Part shown: piece by piece, positions 15,442-23,736 of the stretch | Layout of the letters: each line of letters opens with the position of its first letter | Numbering within the stretch: position 1 is the stretch's first letter | Origin: an uncultured Candidatus Saccharibacteria bacterium | GTDB taxonomy: Bacteria; Patescibacteriota; Minisyncoccia; Phycocordibacterales; Phycocordibacteraceae | Direction: 5' to 3' | Assembly: GCA_964357805.1 (NCBI GenBank) | Contig: CAYHMS010000003.1 | Location: 1 to 37,027, forward strand | Length of the DNA: 37,027 nt | Made by a program: the position numbers and the translations under genes | The notes under the pieces: generated by a model | Database searches by the model: none | Seen by the model: the letters and a program-made list of their open reading frames with translations, nothing else | Told to the model about the DNA's origin: nothing

Positions 15442-17208
15442 TCACGTCCGCTGCATTTTGTAGAAGTAAGAATTGTGGTCCTTGAGCAATTCTTGCGGGG
15501 TGCCGCGCTCCACGATGCGCCCGCGGCTCAAGACAAATATAGTATCGGCCTCGGCGACCGTAGACGGGCGATGTGCGATAATAAAGACAGCCACTTCCCC
15601 GCGAAGATTTCGAATAGATTCGTGGATGAGCTTTTCAGACTCGTGGTCAAGAGCGCTCGTCGCCTCGTCAAGTACCAGGAGAGAGGGCTTGCCCACGAGC
15701 GCGCGGGCGAGCGCGATGCGCTGGCGTTGTCCGCCGGAGAGCATGACGCCCCGATCGCCCGTCATGGTCTTGAATCCTTCCGGCAGTTCTTTTATGAAGT
15801 CGTAGATGTTCGCCTGCTTCGTGGCATTCTTTATATCTTCCGCGGTTACCGCAGTATTATAAAATCGGATGTTCTCTTCAATGGTGGAGTTGAGCAGGAA
15901 TACATCTTGCGATACATAGCCGATGTGCGTGCGCCACTCCGAAAGCGCGATAGCCGTACTCGGCACGCCGTCAAGAAGTATCTCTCCTGCGCTCGGTTTA
16001 AAAAGTCGCAAAAGGAGGTCGGCAATAGAGGTCTTTCCCGTCCCCGACGGACCAATAAGTCCGACCGTTTCTCCCGCCCGAATCCTGAAATCTACTCCAT
16101 CGAGAACCGGCTTCTTCCCCTCGCTATACGAAAATGAAACGTCCCTGAAAGCGAGTTCTTTTTTAAATACGAACGGCATCGTGCCCTCTGGCGACTCTTT
16201 ATGCAGGTCAAGATTGTGTTTGAACGTCGCCAAGTTCTTAGTATAGGGCAAGAGCCCGCTTATAGATTGCAGACCGCTTTGACCGGATTCAAGATAGGTA
16301 AATATTTTCTGTATCAAGTACAGCGATGCGGCGAAGGATATGATGCTGAACCCCGGCGTATGATAGGTCAATAAAAAGAGCAGTACCACAAGTACGAGCG
16401 CGAACGGCTGGAAAAAGCTCGAGCTCACCGTGCTCACGAGTGATTGCCGTATGGAAAGGTGGCGCAAGAGGCGAATGTGCGCTACACCGTTTTCTATAGC
16501 GGCGCGCTCCACGCCGGCGGCCTTTATGGATTTCATCCCGATGATATGTTCGCTCAAGAACTGCGAGAACTGCTTTTCAACTCCGGCAGTCTGTTGGCCT
16601 ATACTCTTCGTACGCCGTATGAGCGGCCGCAGAACAAACAGCAGAATGGCTCCCCCGCCGAGCGTATAGAACGTCATCACGGGCGAGATATTTACCGCTA
16701 CCAGGAGGTACATGAGAAAACCGCTGAAGGATTGCAAGATTTGAACTCCGGCGCCCAGCAGACCGCCGGTCTGCTGTACGTCACGTACCAGCGTATTGTG
16801 CATCGTGCCAATTTTTTGCTTCAGCGAAAACGGCCACGAAGAAAGAAGAGCCTGTCGAAGCACGTTTTCACTCTCCCTGCCGAGGAAATCGGCACTTATC
16901 CATCCGCGAATGTAACCGAACACGATGACGGAGATCGCTCGTACGATGAAGAGGCCGAATATAAAGATGACCAGAAAACGGAAACTGAATGGTATATGCA
17001 GAAAGGCGAAAAGTCCCTGTATGGTCCTCGTAATAAAATCCGTTGCGGCTCCGCCGCCGCCGCCCGTAAAAAATGACATGAGCGGGATAACCGCATTGAT
17101 ACCGATGCCCTCAAGAAGAGGGCTCAGCATGGCAAGCACCACCAGCGCCGCCACGTGCCAGCGATACCTGCCAAACGCGCTCCATAGCGTCTGTAGTGCG
17201 TCTTTCAT
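15442..17208 (-). CDS. ABC exporter, fused permease-ATPase (MsbA/PglK-like)
   Basis: N-terminal 6-TM domain. Walker A GPSGTGKTS, signature LSGGQRQRIALARAL, Walker B LLVLDEATSALD. Confidence 0.9.
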   Translation of the reverse strand: MKDALQTLWSAFGRYRWHVAALVVLAMLSPLLEGIGINAVIPLMSFFTGGGGGAATDFITRTIQGLFAFLHIPFSFRFLVIFIFGLFIVRAISVIVFGYIRGWISADFLGRESENVLRQALLSSWPFSLKQKIGTMHNTLVRDVQQTGGLLGAGVQILQSFSGFLMYLLVAVNISPVMTFYTLGGGAILLFVLRPLIRRTKSIGQQTAGVEKQFSQFLSEHIIGMKSIKAAGVERAAIENGVAHIRLLRHLSIRQSLVSTVSSSFFQPFALVLVVLLFLLTYHTPGFSIISFAASLYLIQKIFTYLESGQSGLQSISGLLPYTKNLATFKHNLDLHKESPEGTMPFVFKKELAFRDVSFSYSEGKKPVLDGVDFRIRAGETVGLIGPSGTGKTSIADLLLRLFKPSAGEILLDGVPSTAIALSEWRTHIGYVSQDVFLLNSTIEENIRFYNTAVTAEDIKNATKQANIYDFIKELPEGFKTMTGDRGVMLSGGQRQRIALARALVGKPSLLVLDEATSALDHESEKLIHESIRNLRGEVAVFIIAHRPSTVAEADTIFVLSRGRIVERGTPQELLKDHNSYFYKMQRT

Positions 17209-17993
17209 ATATCGAGAATATTCCGAATGAGGGATGACACCATCTGGTTGGCGACAACGTAATGAACTGAGTGAGTGAGAGGGTCAGCGACAGTGTAGAC
17301 GACATCGGCACCTGCGAGCCGGGCGAGCACAAGACCGGCGGCAATATCCCACCATTTGGTATGCCGACCAAAACATCCCCCGAGACGTCCTTCTGCAACA
17401 TACGTGAGGTTGAGAGAGGCGGATCCGGTTCGCAAGCATCCCATCGTCGCATCGTTTATCTTTTGAAATGCATTGAATTCAGCGTCTCTGTCCGGATGAT
17501 TCGCGCCAGAAAAAGTGCCGGCGCATAACACTTGCCCTGCCGGGAGATTCAAACTAGCGATACGAGTATGATTCTTGTAGACACCGAGACCGTCTCCACC
17601 GTAATACAATTCGTTCTGAAATGGGTTATAGACAACGCCGACTACCGGTTTACCTTCATCTACGTACGCAATTGACACCGCACAGAATGGAATTCTACTC
17701 ACGTAATTAACAGTGCCGTCAAGCGGATCAACTATCCAGTATGTTCCGGTCGCTAAATCAACCTTGCGCGACATACCGGACTCCTCCGCAACCACTGGAA
17801 TATCGCTTGAGGCATTGAGTATATTGATTATTTTTTGTTCGGCATACGTATCAACCTCGGTAGCGATATCTCTAAAAGATTCCTTACGATGTACCACAGA
17901 ACGTCCCGTTTCATCTACATATGACTGAAGGATTCCTCCCGCCGCAACTGCTGCAGAAAGAGCTAATTTCAATTGCGGTTGATACGAAGTCAT
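17205..17993 (-). CDS. Inositol-monophosphatase-family sugar-phosphate phosphatase
   Basis: VVAEESG, WIVDPLDGTVNY, WDIAAGLVLARLAGA. An ATGA overlap with the ABC gene was checked in the sequence. Confidence 0.85.
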   Translation of the reverse strand: MTSYQPQLKLALSAAVAAGGILQSYVDETGRSVVHRKESFRDIATEVDTYAEQKIINILNASSDIPVVAEESGMSRKVDLATGTYWIVDPLDGTVNYVSRIPFCAVSIAYVDEGKPVVGVVYNPFQNELYYGGDGLGVYKNHTRIASLNLPAGQVLCAGTFSGANHPDRDAEFNAFQKINDATMGCLRTGSASLNLTYVAEGRLGGCFGRHTKWWDIAAGLVLARLAGADVVYTVADPLTHSVHYVVANQMVSSLIRNILDI

Positions 17994-19102
17994 ACGAGAG
18001 AAAGATTTTTTAGAAAAGCGCTATTTCCTTCCCATTCGGTCAGAAGCAGACGCGAGAGAGCCTCGTGCGGCTCAAGTCCCATGACGATACGGAGAAAATC
18101 TTTTGGCAACAAAGCATCAGCAACGTAACGGATATTGGCATCGTTGTCCTTTGGATTGTCATAAAAAAATGCCGCCATAATCCCCATCATAAGATACTTT
18201 GGATACACACCCGCACTCAAACAGAGTTGTGCCGCTCCAAGAAGCCGTTCATTGGGAGCAAGCTTGCGAAATGGCTCTCTTGCCACGCGGCTCACTGGGT
18301 CAAATAAAAGAGCGTTGCTGAAACGGGCCAGTTCCTTGTCGGCATACCATGTGGAAAATGCTTTATCAAGTTTAGCTGTTTTCACAAGCGTTTCCTGCAT
18401 TTCATGCATCGCCCCCGCGACAACCTCGGATCCAGCCGCCAAACTCATTGCCTCGTGTATATACTTCACCGACAAAAGGGAGCCGAGATACGCAACAATG
18501 CAGTGTGGCGTATTATGCAGATACAATTTCGCCATCCATTGCCGTGCTAATTCTGCGGCAGAAATGTACGTACACGCTCCACCTGCAGAGGAGGCACCCT
18601 CATCGGCATAACATATGCCGTTTTCAGTCACAATACCGAGAGGGTCTTCTTGCTGAATTTCGGGAGACGCTGTATTGGAGGTAATAACATCAGGCACCGC
18701 AAATACTACGTTGGGATTCCCTGTAACCATCAGCAGGGCTTCGGCGGATGCCGGATCATTCTCACAGCACAAGATCGGCATTGTGGTGCCTTTGAGTGCC
18801 TCTGCAATTGCGAGAACATTTCGTGGGCCGACCGCCGTTACGACTGCATGTGCCTTGCGAATAGCATCGCTCTCTTCGCCGGGAGCGTAACAAGCGGCCA
18901 CAGGTACGTCGAGTACCTCGTATTTGCCCGCAACAGTCTTGTATGTTTTATATCGTCTTGCCGCAACAAGTGCTTCTCGTAAAGACTCATTCTTCTCTAC
19001 AAAAAACAAGTCATGGGTGTCAGGGGAGAATACCCATGGCATAAAACCCCTACCGATAGCGCCTGCCCCATATATCACGATTAGTTTGTGCGGGGTGTTC
19101 AT
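17990..19102 (-). CDS. Mannitol-1-phosphate 5-dehydrogenase (MtlD)-family oxidoreductase
   Basis: It aligns by eye with E. coli MtlD blocks: YGAGAIGRGF (GAGNIGRGF), TAVGP, CEN, LHNTPHCIVAYLG (LNTGHAITAYLG) and VAREPFRKLAPNERL (VGRQPLRKLSAGDRL). Confidence 0.7.
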   Translation of the reverse strand: MNTPHKLIVIYGAGAIGRGFMPWVFSPDTHDLFFVEKNESLREALVAARRYKTYKTVAGKYEVLDVPVAACYAPGEESDAIRKAHAVVTAVGPRNVLAIAEALKGTTMPILCCENDPASAEALLMVTGNPNVVFAVPDVITSNTASPEIQQEDPLGIVTENGICYADEGASSAGGACTYISAAELARQWMAKLYLHNTPHCIVAYLGSLLSVKYIHEAMSLAAGSEVVAGAMHEMQETLVKTAKLDKAFSTWYADKELARFSNALLFDPVSRVAREPFRKLAPNERLLGAAQLCLSAGVYPKYLMMGIMAAFFYDNPKDNDANIRYVADALLPKDFLRIVMGLEPHEALSRLLLTEWEGNSAFLKNLSLV

Positions 19103-20331
19103 TTGGTGACAACTGTAATTGCTTTTTGGGCTTTCTCAAGCGTTGCACGTGCTTCAGCTTCATCCTTTCCAGTCACAATAATAAAACAGACACGGGAGGT
19201 GCCATCAATATATGGTGATACGATGTCGCCGACGACGCGGCGAAAAAAGATGTGCTCCACACCCCTGATACGCCGCGCCTGCGCGAGGCCCTTTATAGAG
19301 ACTATCTTCCCCGGCTTCGGCCACACCGAGCCGGTTATACCGATGCGGTGCTTGGTATCGGTGAGCAATTTTTTTGGAAATGTTTTACCAATTGCGGTCA
19401 GAATGGCCGCACGCAATACATTTTTTCCCGTCGCCGCAGGGACAAGATACTGGCAATCAAACCCTCCGGACAAACGCGTTGTCATCTCGAGCATCACCGG
19501 GCCTTTTTTTGTCAGTATCATATCAGCCTTTGCCGCGCCGATAGTAATCCCAAGAAGATCTGCCGTCTTTTTTGTCAGTGCATATAGTTTCCTTTGTGTG
19601 GCTGGTGGGAGCGACGTCGGATGACGCAGTCCTATCTCGACCGCCCACTCACTTTTAGGGTCAAAAGGTCGGTCGGTGATAAAGCACTTATGAAATACAC
19701 CATGAACATCGTAGAGGGACTCCACAGTTTGTTCAAGCCCGAAGAGGACTTCTTCAATGAGTGCCGTTTTGGATGTAGAGGCATTACGGGCCGCAGCAAG
19801 GGCTTTTTTAAGCAAAGGACCAGAGGGTATCGAAAAAAACTTTCGCGTCCCTTGGCTCGCAGAGTTATCAATGTTTTTAATAATGAAAGGGATTCCGATC
19901 TTCTTCACCGCCCTGTGTGCTTCATTCAATGTGGCTACTTCTTCATAGAGCGGGCACGGGAGTTTGTGCTCGGTGAGAAATTTTCTGAACGCCGGCTTAT
20001 GATGGGTGACGTACGCCGCTTGTGGGTCAACTCCCGGCAATCCTGCAATACGTGCAAGAACTGCTGCCGTGATGTTGGCATCAATGCCTGCCGCGAGTAC
20101 CCCTACGATGTCTAATCCATCAAAATGCTTAAGACGAAATAAGAGATCGACATTGCCTGCAACATCAAATATGTCGACTGGATAAAAATAATCAGCGTGA
20201 GCTTTTGCCACGCATTTTGAGCTCATATCCGTAACCAGAGTAGCTAGTCCGAGTTTCTTCGCTTCTTCTATAATCGGGATCTGGAGCGACCCGCCACCAA
20301 TAACCCATAACACTCTTTTGGATTTTTTCAT
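19099..20331 (-). CDS. ATP-grasp-fold carboxylate-amine ligase
   Basis: 410 aa. N-terminal Rossmann-like pre-ATP-grasp (VLWVIGGGSLQIPIIEEAKKLG), a central K...IKN...S.G region, and a C-terminal E/N metal-site region (ADMILTKKGPVMLEMTTRLSGG). Confidence 0.7.
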   Translation of the reverse strand: MKKSKRVLWVIGGGSLQIPIIEEAKKLGLATLVTDMSSKCVAKAHADYFYPVDIFDVAGNVDLLFRLKHFDGLDIVGVLAAGIDANITAAVLARIAGLPGVDPQAAYVTHHKPAFRKFLTEHKLPCPLYEEVATLNEAHRAVKKIGIPFIIKNIDNSASQGTRKFFSIPSGPLLKKALAAARNASTSKTALIEEVLFGLEQTVESLYDVHGVFHKCFITDRPFDPKSEWAVEIGLRHPTSLPPATQRKLYALTKKTADLLGITIGAAKADMILTKKGPVMLEMTTRLSGGFDCQYLVPAATGKNVLRAAILTAIGKTFPKKLLTDTKHRIGITGSVWPKPGKIVSIKGLAQARRIRGVEHIFFRRVVGDIVSPYIDGTSRVCFIIVTGKDEAEARATLEKAQKAITVVTK

Positions 20332-20332
20332 G

Positions 20333-21220
20333 TCATTGTTTCTTAGCGATAATCATGAATTCACGCCCTATACCCGCAGCAATTAGACCGGCATAGAGGT
20401 CGTTCAGCAAACCAGGGTCTCTTTTATACAACGCCAATTCAAAAGCTTTGCGTTTTGCATGACAAGCTCGGCCTATCGTATGATTGCCGACATAGTTCTT
20501 GCCCGCAAGCAAAAATGTCTCTAGGGGATACGTGGCGAGCATGTCCTCTATAGTAAAACCGAGGCGAATTAATAAACGTTTCATACTCTCCATAGTGAAA
20601 TAATTGAGATGATGCTTCGGCGCGACCCACCACGGCTTGAAGCTATGCTTTTCGCGCAGGAGGCGTTGGAGCGGGTTGTAATCGTTTGGGCAGAAGACAA
20701 CAATACGACCACCCTTTTTAAGCATCTTCTTCATATTAGTGATGAAGCCGGCCGGGTCCGGTACATGTTCAAGCACCAGCGCCGCATGCACGACGTCGAA
20801 CATACCCAGTTTTTTTGCGCGGTCGTAACTGAAAAAGTCGTTCACGGTTGTAAGTCCGCGTTTGGCGCTGTACCGCGCCGCAGGAGATGAAGGCTCTATG
20901 CCGACCGTTTTCCATCCGCGCCTTTTGCCACACGCCAAGAAGTGACCTGGTCCCGAACCGATATCAAGAAGAGTGCGGCCTTTGGCCCGGCGTTCAAGCA
21001 GTTTGTAATAGTTATTGTAGGTCGCCGTCCACCACGAAAGGTCTTCTTTGGTCTCGCTAAAATAGTTCGGCCGTTCATGCTGATAAAATTCCTGTTCATA
21101 AAAATGTTTGAGTTCTTTGTCGCCCGGAAGAGGATACACGTGCGCAAAGCCACATACACGACAATTGATGACGCGTACACCGTCTTTTGTATCCAGTGTT
21201 GTGCCGGAATGTCTTTTCAT
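20333..21220 (-). CDS. Class I SAM-dependent methyltransferase with an N-terminal Zn-ribbon-like CxxC
   Basis: NCRVCGFAHVYP; motif I LLDIGSGPGHF; acidic loop VGIEPS. Confidence 0.75.
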   Translation of the reverse strand: MKRHSGTTLDTKDGVRVINCRVCGFAHVYPLPGDKELKHFYEQEFYQHERPNYFSETKEDLSWWTATYNNYYKLLERRAKGRTLLDIGSGPGHFLACGKRRGWKTVGIEPSSPAARYSAKRGLTTVNDFFSYDRAKKLGMFDVVHAALVLEHVPDPAGFITNMKKMLKKGGRIVVFCPNDYNPLQRLLREKHSFKPWWVAPKHHLNYFTMESMKRLLIRLGFTIEDMLATYPLETFLLAGKNYVGNHTIGRACHAKRKAFELALYKRDPGLLNDLYAGLIAAGIGREFMIIAKKQ

Positions 21221-22296
21221 ACTGCGATATCCTCTTTGGTAATCGGGGAGCGGGCGGGTATGGCGCGGGAAGCTTTTTTGCCCACGATAGTTTGCAGGTC
21301 CTTGGGCTCAATGCCGCGCATCGGTCGGAGTGTGAGCACCATATCTTCTGTAAGCGTCTCACCTGCTTTAATCTCGCATGCCGCATAGAGCGAACGGCGC
21401 GTGCCGCGCTCGCTCATTTCATCTGTCGCACGATCAGGTGCAACAACAGGTGCCTTCACCCCCGAACCCGAGAGCGCGGAGGAAAGGAAGCGTACTTCAG
21501 CAACCATCGCCTTAAACTGTGCTACCGTCATTGAATTTTTATCATCATTACTTCCCCCTTCCTGTGAGTCGGTAATATGGCGCTCGATAATACAGGCGCC
21601 GAGCGCCACGGCGCCGAGTGTTGCGGCGTTTGACGAGGGCGCGGAGTGGTCAGAATAGCCAATCGGGAGCGCTAATTCGCGGCGCATTGTCTCTATCGCC
21701 TTCAGATTCAGATCTTCGGGCTGTGGGGGGTAGAGCGACACACAATGAAGCACGGCTATCTGTTCGGCTATCTGTTCATTCCCAGCCTGTCGAATAACCT
21801 CTACAGCGTGCTTCACTTCGTCGAGATACGCCATACCGGTCGATATGATGATGGGCTTCCCCTTCTTCGCAATGTAGCGCAATAATATATCATCGGTTAA
21901 TTCATATGAGGCGACCTTAAATGCTGGTACGCCAGCTTCATCGAGCACCTCGACTGCTTCGTGATCAAAGGGCGTGGAGAGGAAGATGATGTTCCGTTCC
22001 TTTGCTCGTGCGACGAGCTGTGGCGTCCACTCGTACGGCAACTCGGACTTTGCATAAAATGCCGAGAGTGTACCGACCGGCTTGCCGTTCCACAGTGTGT
22101 CTATGGGAATGTCGGCAGCAATTGTGGTGCCTGTGAGATGCTGAAATTTTACTGCGTCCGCACCGGCCTCGGCCGCCGCGTCGATTGCAGAAAGTGCTGT
22201 CTCAATCTTGCCGCGATGATTCGCACTCACCTCGGCAATAATAAAAACCGGCTGACCCTCCCCAACCTCGCGCCCGCCGATAGTGATGTTCTTCAT
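21217..22296 (-). CDS. neuB: NeuB-family nonulosonic acid synthase, paralog 1 (candidate PseI-like), with a C-terminal SAF domain
   Basis: MKNITIGGREVGEGQPVFIIAEVSANHRGKIE...AVKFQ...FLSTPFD...KVASYELTD...IISTGMA...GYSDHS...IIERH. Start ATG at 22296. The track's longer form overlaps the upstream gene. Confidence 0.85.
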   Translation of the reverse strand: MKNITIGGREVGEGQPVFIIAEVSANHRGKIETALSAIDAAAEAGADAVKFQHLTGTTIAADIPIDTLWNGKPVGTLSAFYAKSELPYEWTPQLVARAKERNIIFLSTPFDHEAVEVLDEAGVPAFKVASYELTDDILLRYIAKKGKPIIISTGMAYLDEVKHAVEVIRQAGNEQIAEQIAVLHCVSLYPPQPEDLNLKAIETMRRELALPIGYSDHSAPSSNAATLGAVALGACIIERHITDSQEGGSNDDKNSMTVAQFKAMVAEVRFLSSALSGSGVKAPVVAPDRATDEMSERGTRRSLYAACEIKAGETLTEDMVLTLRPMRGIEPKDLQTIVGKKASRAIPARSPITKEDIAV

Positions 22297-22309
22297 AGAT
22301 GGTTCGATG

Positions 22310-22918
22310 TTACACCGGCCGCTCTCTTTTGTCCTCAATCGAAGCGGGCTTATAGGTGCCACTTTTAATAGCTTCAATACCGTGCGCCTCGGCGGCGAGA
22401 CGCGTCTGGTAGGCGAGAGACTTTTTCACCTGCTCGAATTCTTCGGCAAAAGCAGAATCATGCTGGCTAAGCACGAACTCGGAGGAGATAGTGGTCGCGG
22501 TGATGTTATTTTTTTCCTGCTCGTAAAATGTTTGGATGCGCGGTATCTGAAATTCGCTTGAGAGCAGGAGGAGGTGCTTCCATCCCTTCTCTTTTGCCAT
22601 CCGCAATACCTCCACTATTGAAGTGCGAGTGTTAACCGACTCTTCTTCTTTCTCTATTCGGTCGGGGGCTACACCCAAAGCCTGTAATTCATCGGCGTAA
22701 GTGTCCGCAAGCGTCGGGAGTACGTGATCCATCCGCTGACAGGTTGTCACAATCATTGCATCTGGATATTGTTTCGCCAAGAGAGCGGCGGCCTCCACGC
22801 GGTCGCGACCGCCCATCGTGCCAAACGCGTCGCTTTCATCATAGGTCGTGGTGCGCCATCCTCCCGCCTCAAGCGGCATCACGCCTGCTGAAAATATGAC
22901 GATGGCATCGGGGGACAT
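22310..22918 (-). CDS. DUF218 (YdcF/ElyC/SanA-like) protein
   Basis: DAIVIFSAG..., EEESVNTRTSIVE and LLLLSSEFQIPRIQ match the DUF218 pattern. The start is either ATG 22918 or ATG 23014. Confidence 0.6.
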   Translation of the reverse strand: MSPDAIVIFSAGVMPLEAGGWRTTTYDESDAFGTMGGRDRVEAAALLAKQYPDAMIVTTCQRMDHVLPTLADTYADELQALGVAPDRIEKEEESVNTRTSIVEVLRMAKEKGWKHLLLLSSEFQIPRIQTFYEQEKNNITATTISSEFVLSQHDSAFAEEFEQVKKSLAYQTRLAAEAHGIEAIKSGTYKPASIEDKRERPV

Positions 22919-23043
22919 ATCAATAGTATACAAAGAAAAAGGGCCCGAGGTTTTCCTCGAGCCCGCGTTCTGTATCGTCTTGATGTCGTTCGTTATCCAC
23001 CAAATCACAATCATGTTTGTCCAGCTACTCTACAAAATGCACT

Positions 23044-23081
23044 TGTATCTATTTTTGTCCTATAGGATATAATTTGATACA
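23044..23081. promoter_or_regulatory. 38-bp nested palindrome (operator copy 1) overlapping the promoter and start codon of the PaaX-like gene
   Basis: TGTATC (23044-49), N8, TCCTATAGGA (23058-67), N8, GATACA (23076-81). TATAAT lies at 23068-73, only 7 nt before the ATG at 23081 (suggesting a leaderless mRNA). A TTGTAT -35-like hexamer lies at 23043-48. Confidence 0.6.
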
Positions 23082-23671
23082 TGAGAAAAATGCGGACTGA
23101 AACGAAATACAGGCACCTACCAATGCGCAACCTTATTCTACGAACGTTAGCAGCAAGCGGTGTAGTAGGCGTTGCTCTTGTCGCACCGAAAACATTGTCT
23201 CTCTTGAAGAAATTAGACCGAGGGGCGGTTCATCGTAAAAATCTCTACCGACGGATTACGCAAGCGATATCCCGCCTTGAACGCGCCGGACTCGTACAAA
23301 CCTCAGGAGAGTACGGTCAGCGCCGCATTGAGCTAACATCGAAAGGGTACCGAGTGATTGAGACCGTATATGCGAATGAATATCGCATTCCCGAACCCGC
23401 GTTCTGGGACGGCAAGTGGAGAGTCGTTATGTTCGACATCCGCGAAAAACGCCGCAAGGCTCGCGCGCAACTTCGAGCACTGTTGAGAGGTGCCGGTTTT
23501 CTGCGGCTTCAAGACAGTGTTTGGGTATATCCCTATCCCTGCGATGAATTCATCGGACTCGTCCGTGCACACCTGAAAAGCGGCACAGGCGAGATGCTTT
23601 CTTTCGTCGCTGAAGCACTCGAATCAGACAAGAGACTGCGAGAACATTTCCATCTCCCCTCTCTATCTTAA
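23081..23671 (+). CDS. PaaX-like regulator: winged HTH plus a Cas2-like (PaaX middle) domain, lacking the long PaaX C-terminal domain
   Basis: wHTH: RRITQAISRLERAGLVQTSGEYGQRRIELTSKG. Cas2-like/PaaX_M pattern: WDGKWRVVMFDIREKRRKARAQLRALLRGAGFLRLQDSVWVYP. This is the only plus-strand gene I support in the window. Confidence 0.55.
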   Translation: MRKMRTETKYRHLPMRNLILRTLAASGVVGVALVAPKTLSLLKKLDRGAVHRKNLYRRITQAISRLERAGLVQTSGEYGQRRIELTSKGYRVIETVYANEYRIPEPAFWDGKWRVVMFDIREKRRKARAQLRALLRGAGFLRLQDSVWVYPYPCDEFIGLVRAHLKSGTGEMLSFVAEALESDKRLREHFHLPSLS

Positions 23672-23672
23672 A

Positions 23673-23710
23673 TGTATCGCTTTTTGTCCTATAGGATGAA
23701 GACTGATACA
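23673..23710. promoter_or_regulatory. 38-bp nested palindrome (operator copy 2), immediately 3' of the PaaX-like gene
   Basis: TGTATC (23673-78), N8, TCCTATAGGA (23687-96), N8, GATACA (23705-10). The geometry matches copy 1, and the 17-mer tttttgtcctataggat is identical. It starts 2 nt after the stop codon. Confidence 0.55.
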
Positions 23711-23736
23711 TTGCAATGAACAAACCCCGTAGTGGA

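Noticed and set aside
15334-17076. Plus-strand ORFs of 267 aa (15334..16137) and 210 aa (16444..17076).
   Set aside because: They are antisense to the ABC exporter, which has intact Walker A and B and signature motifs. No independent support.
23081-23671. The Cas2-like domain as evidence for a CRISPR-Cas locus.
   Set aside because: The window has no repeat-spacer array, no cas1 and no effector genes. The wHTH plus WDGKW...SVWVYP pattern fits the PaaX family's Cas2-like middle domain better than a bona fide Cas2.
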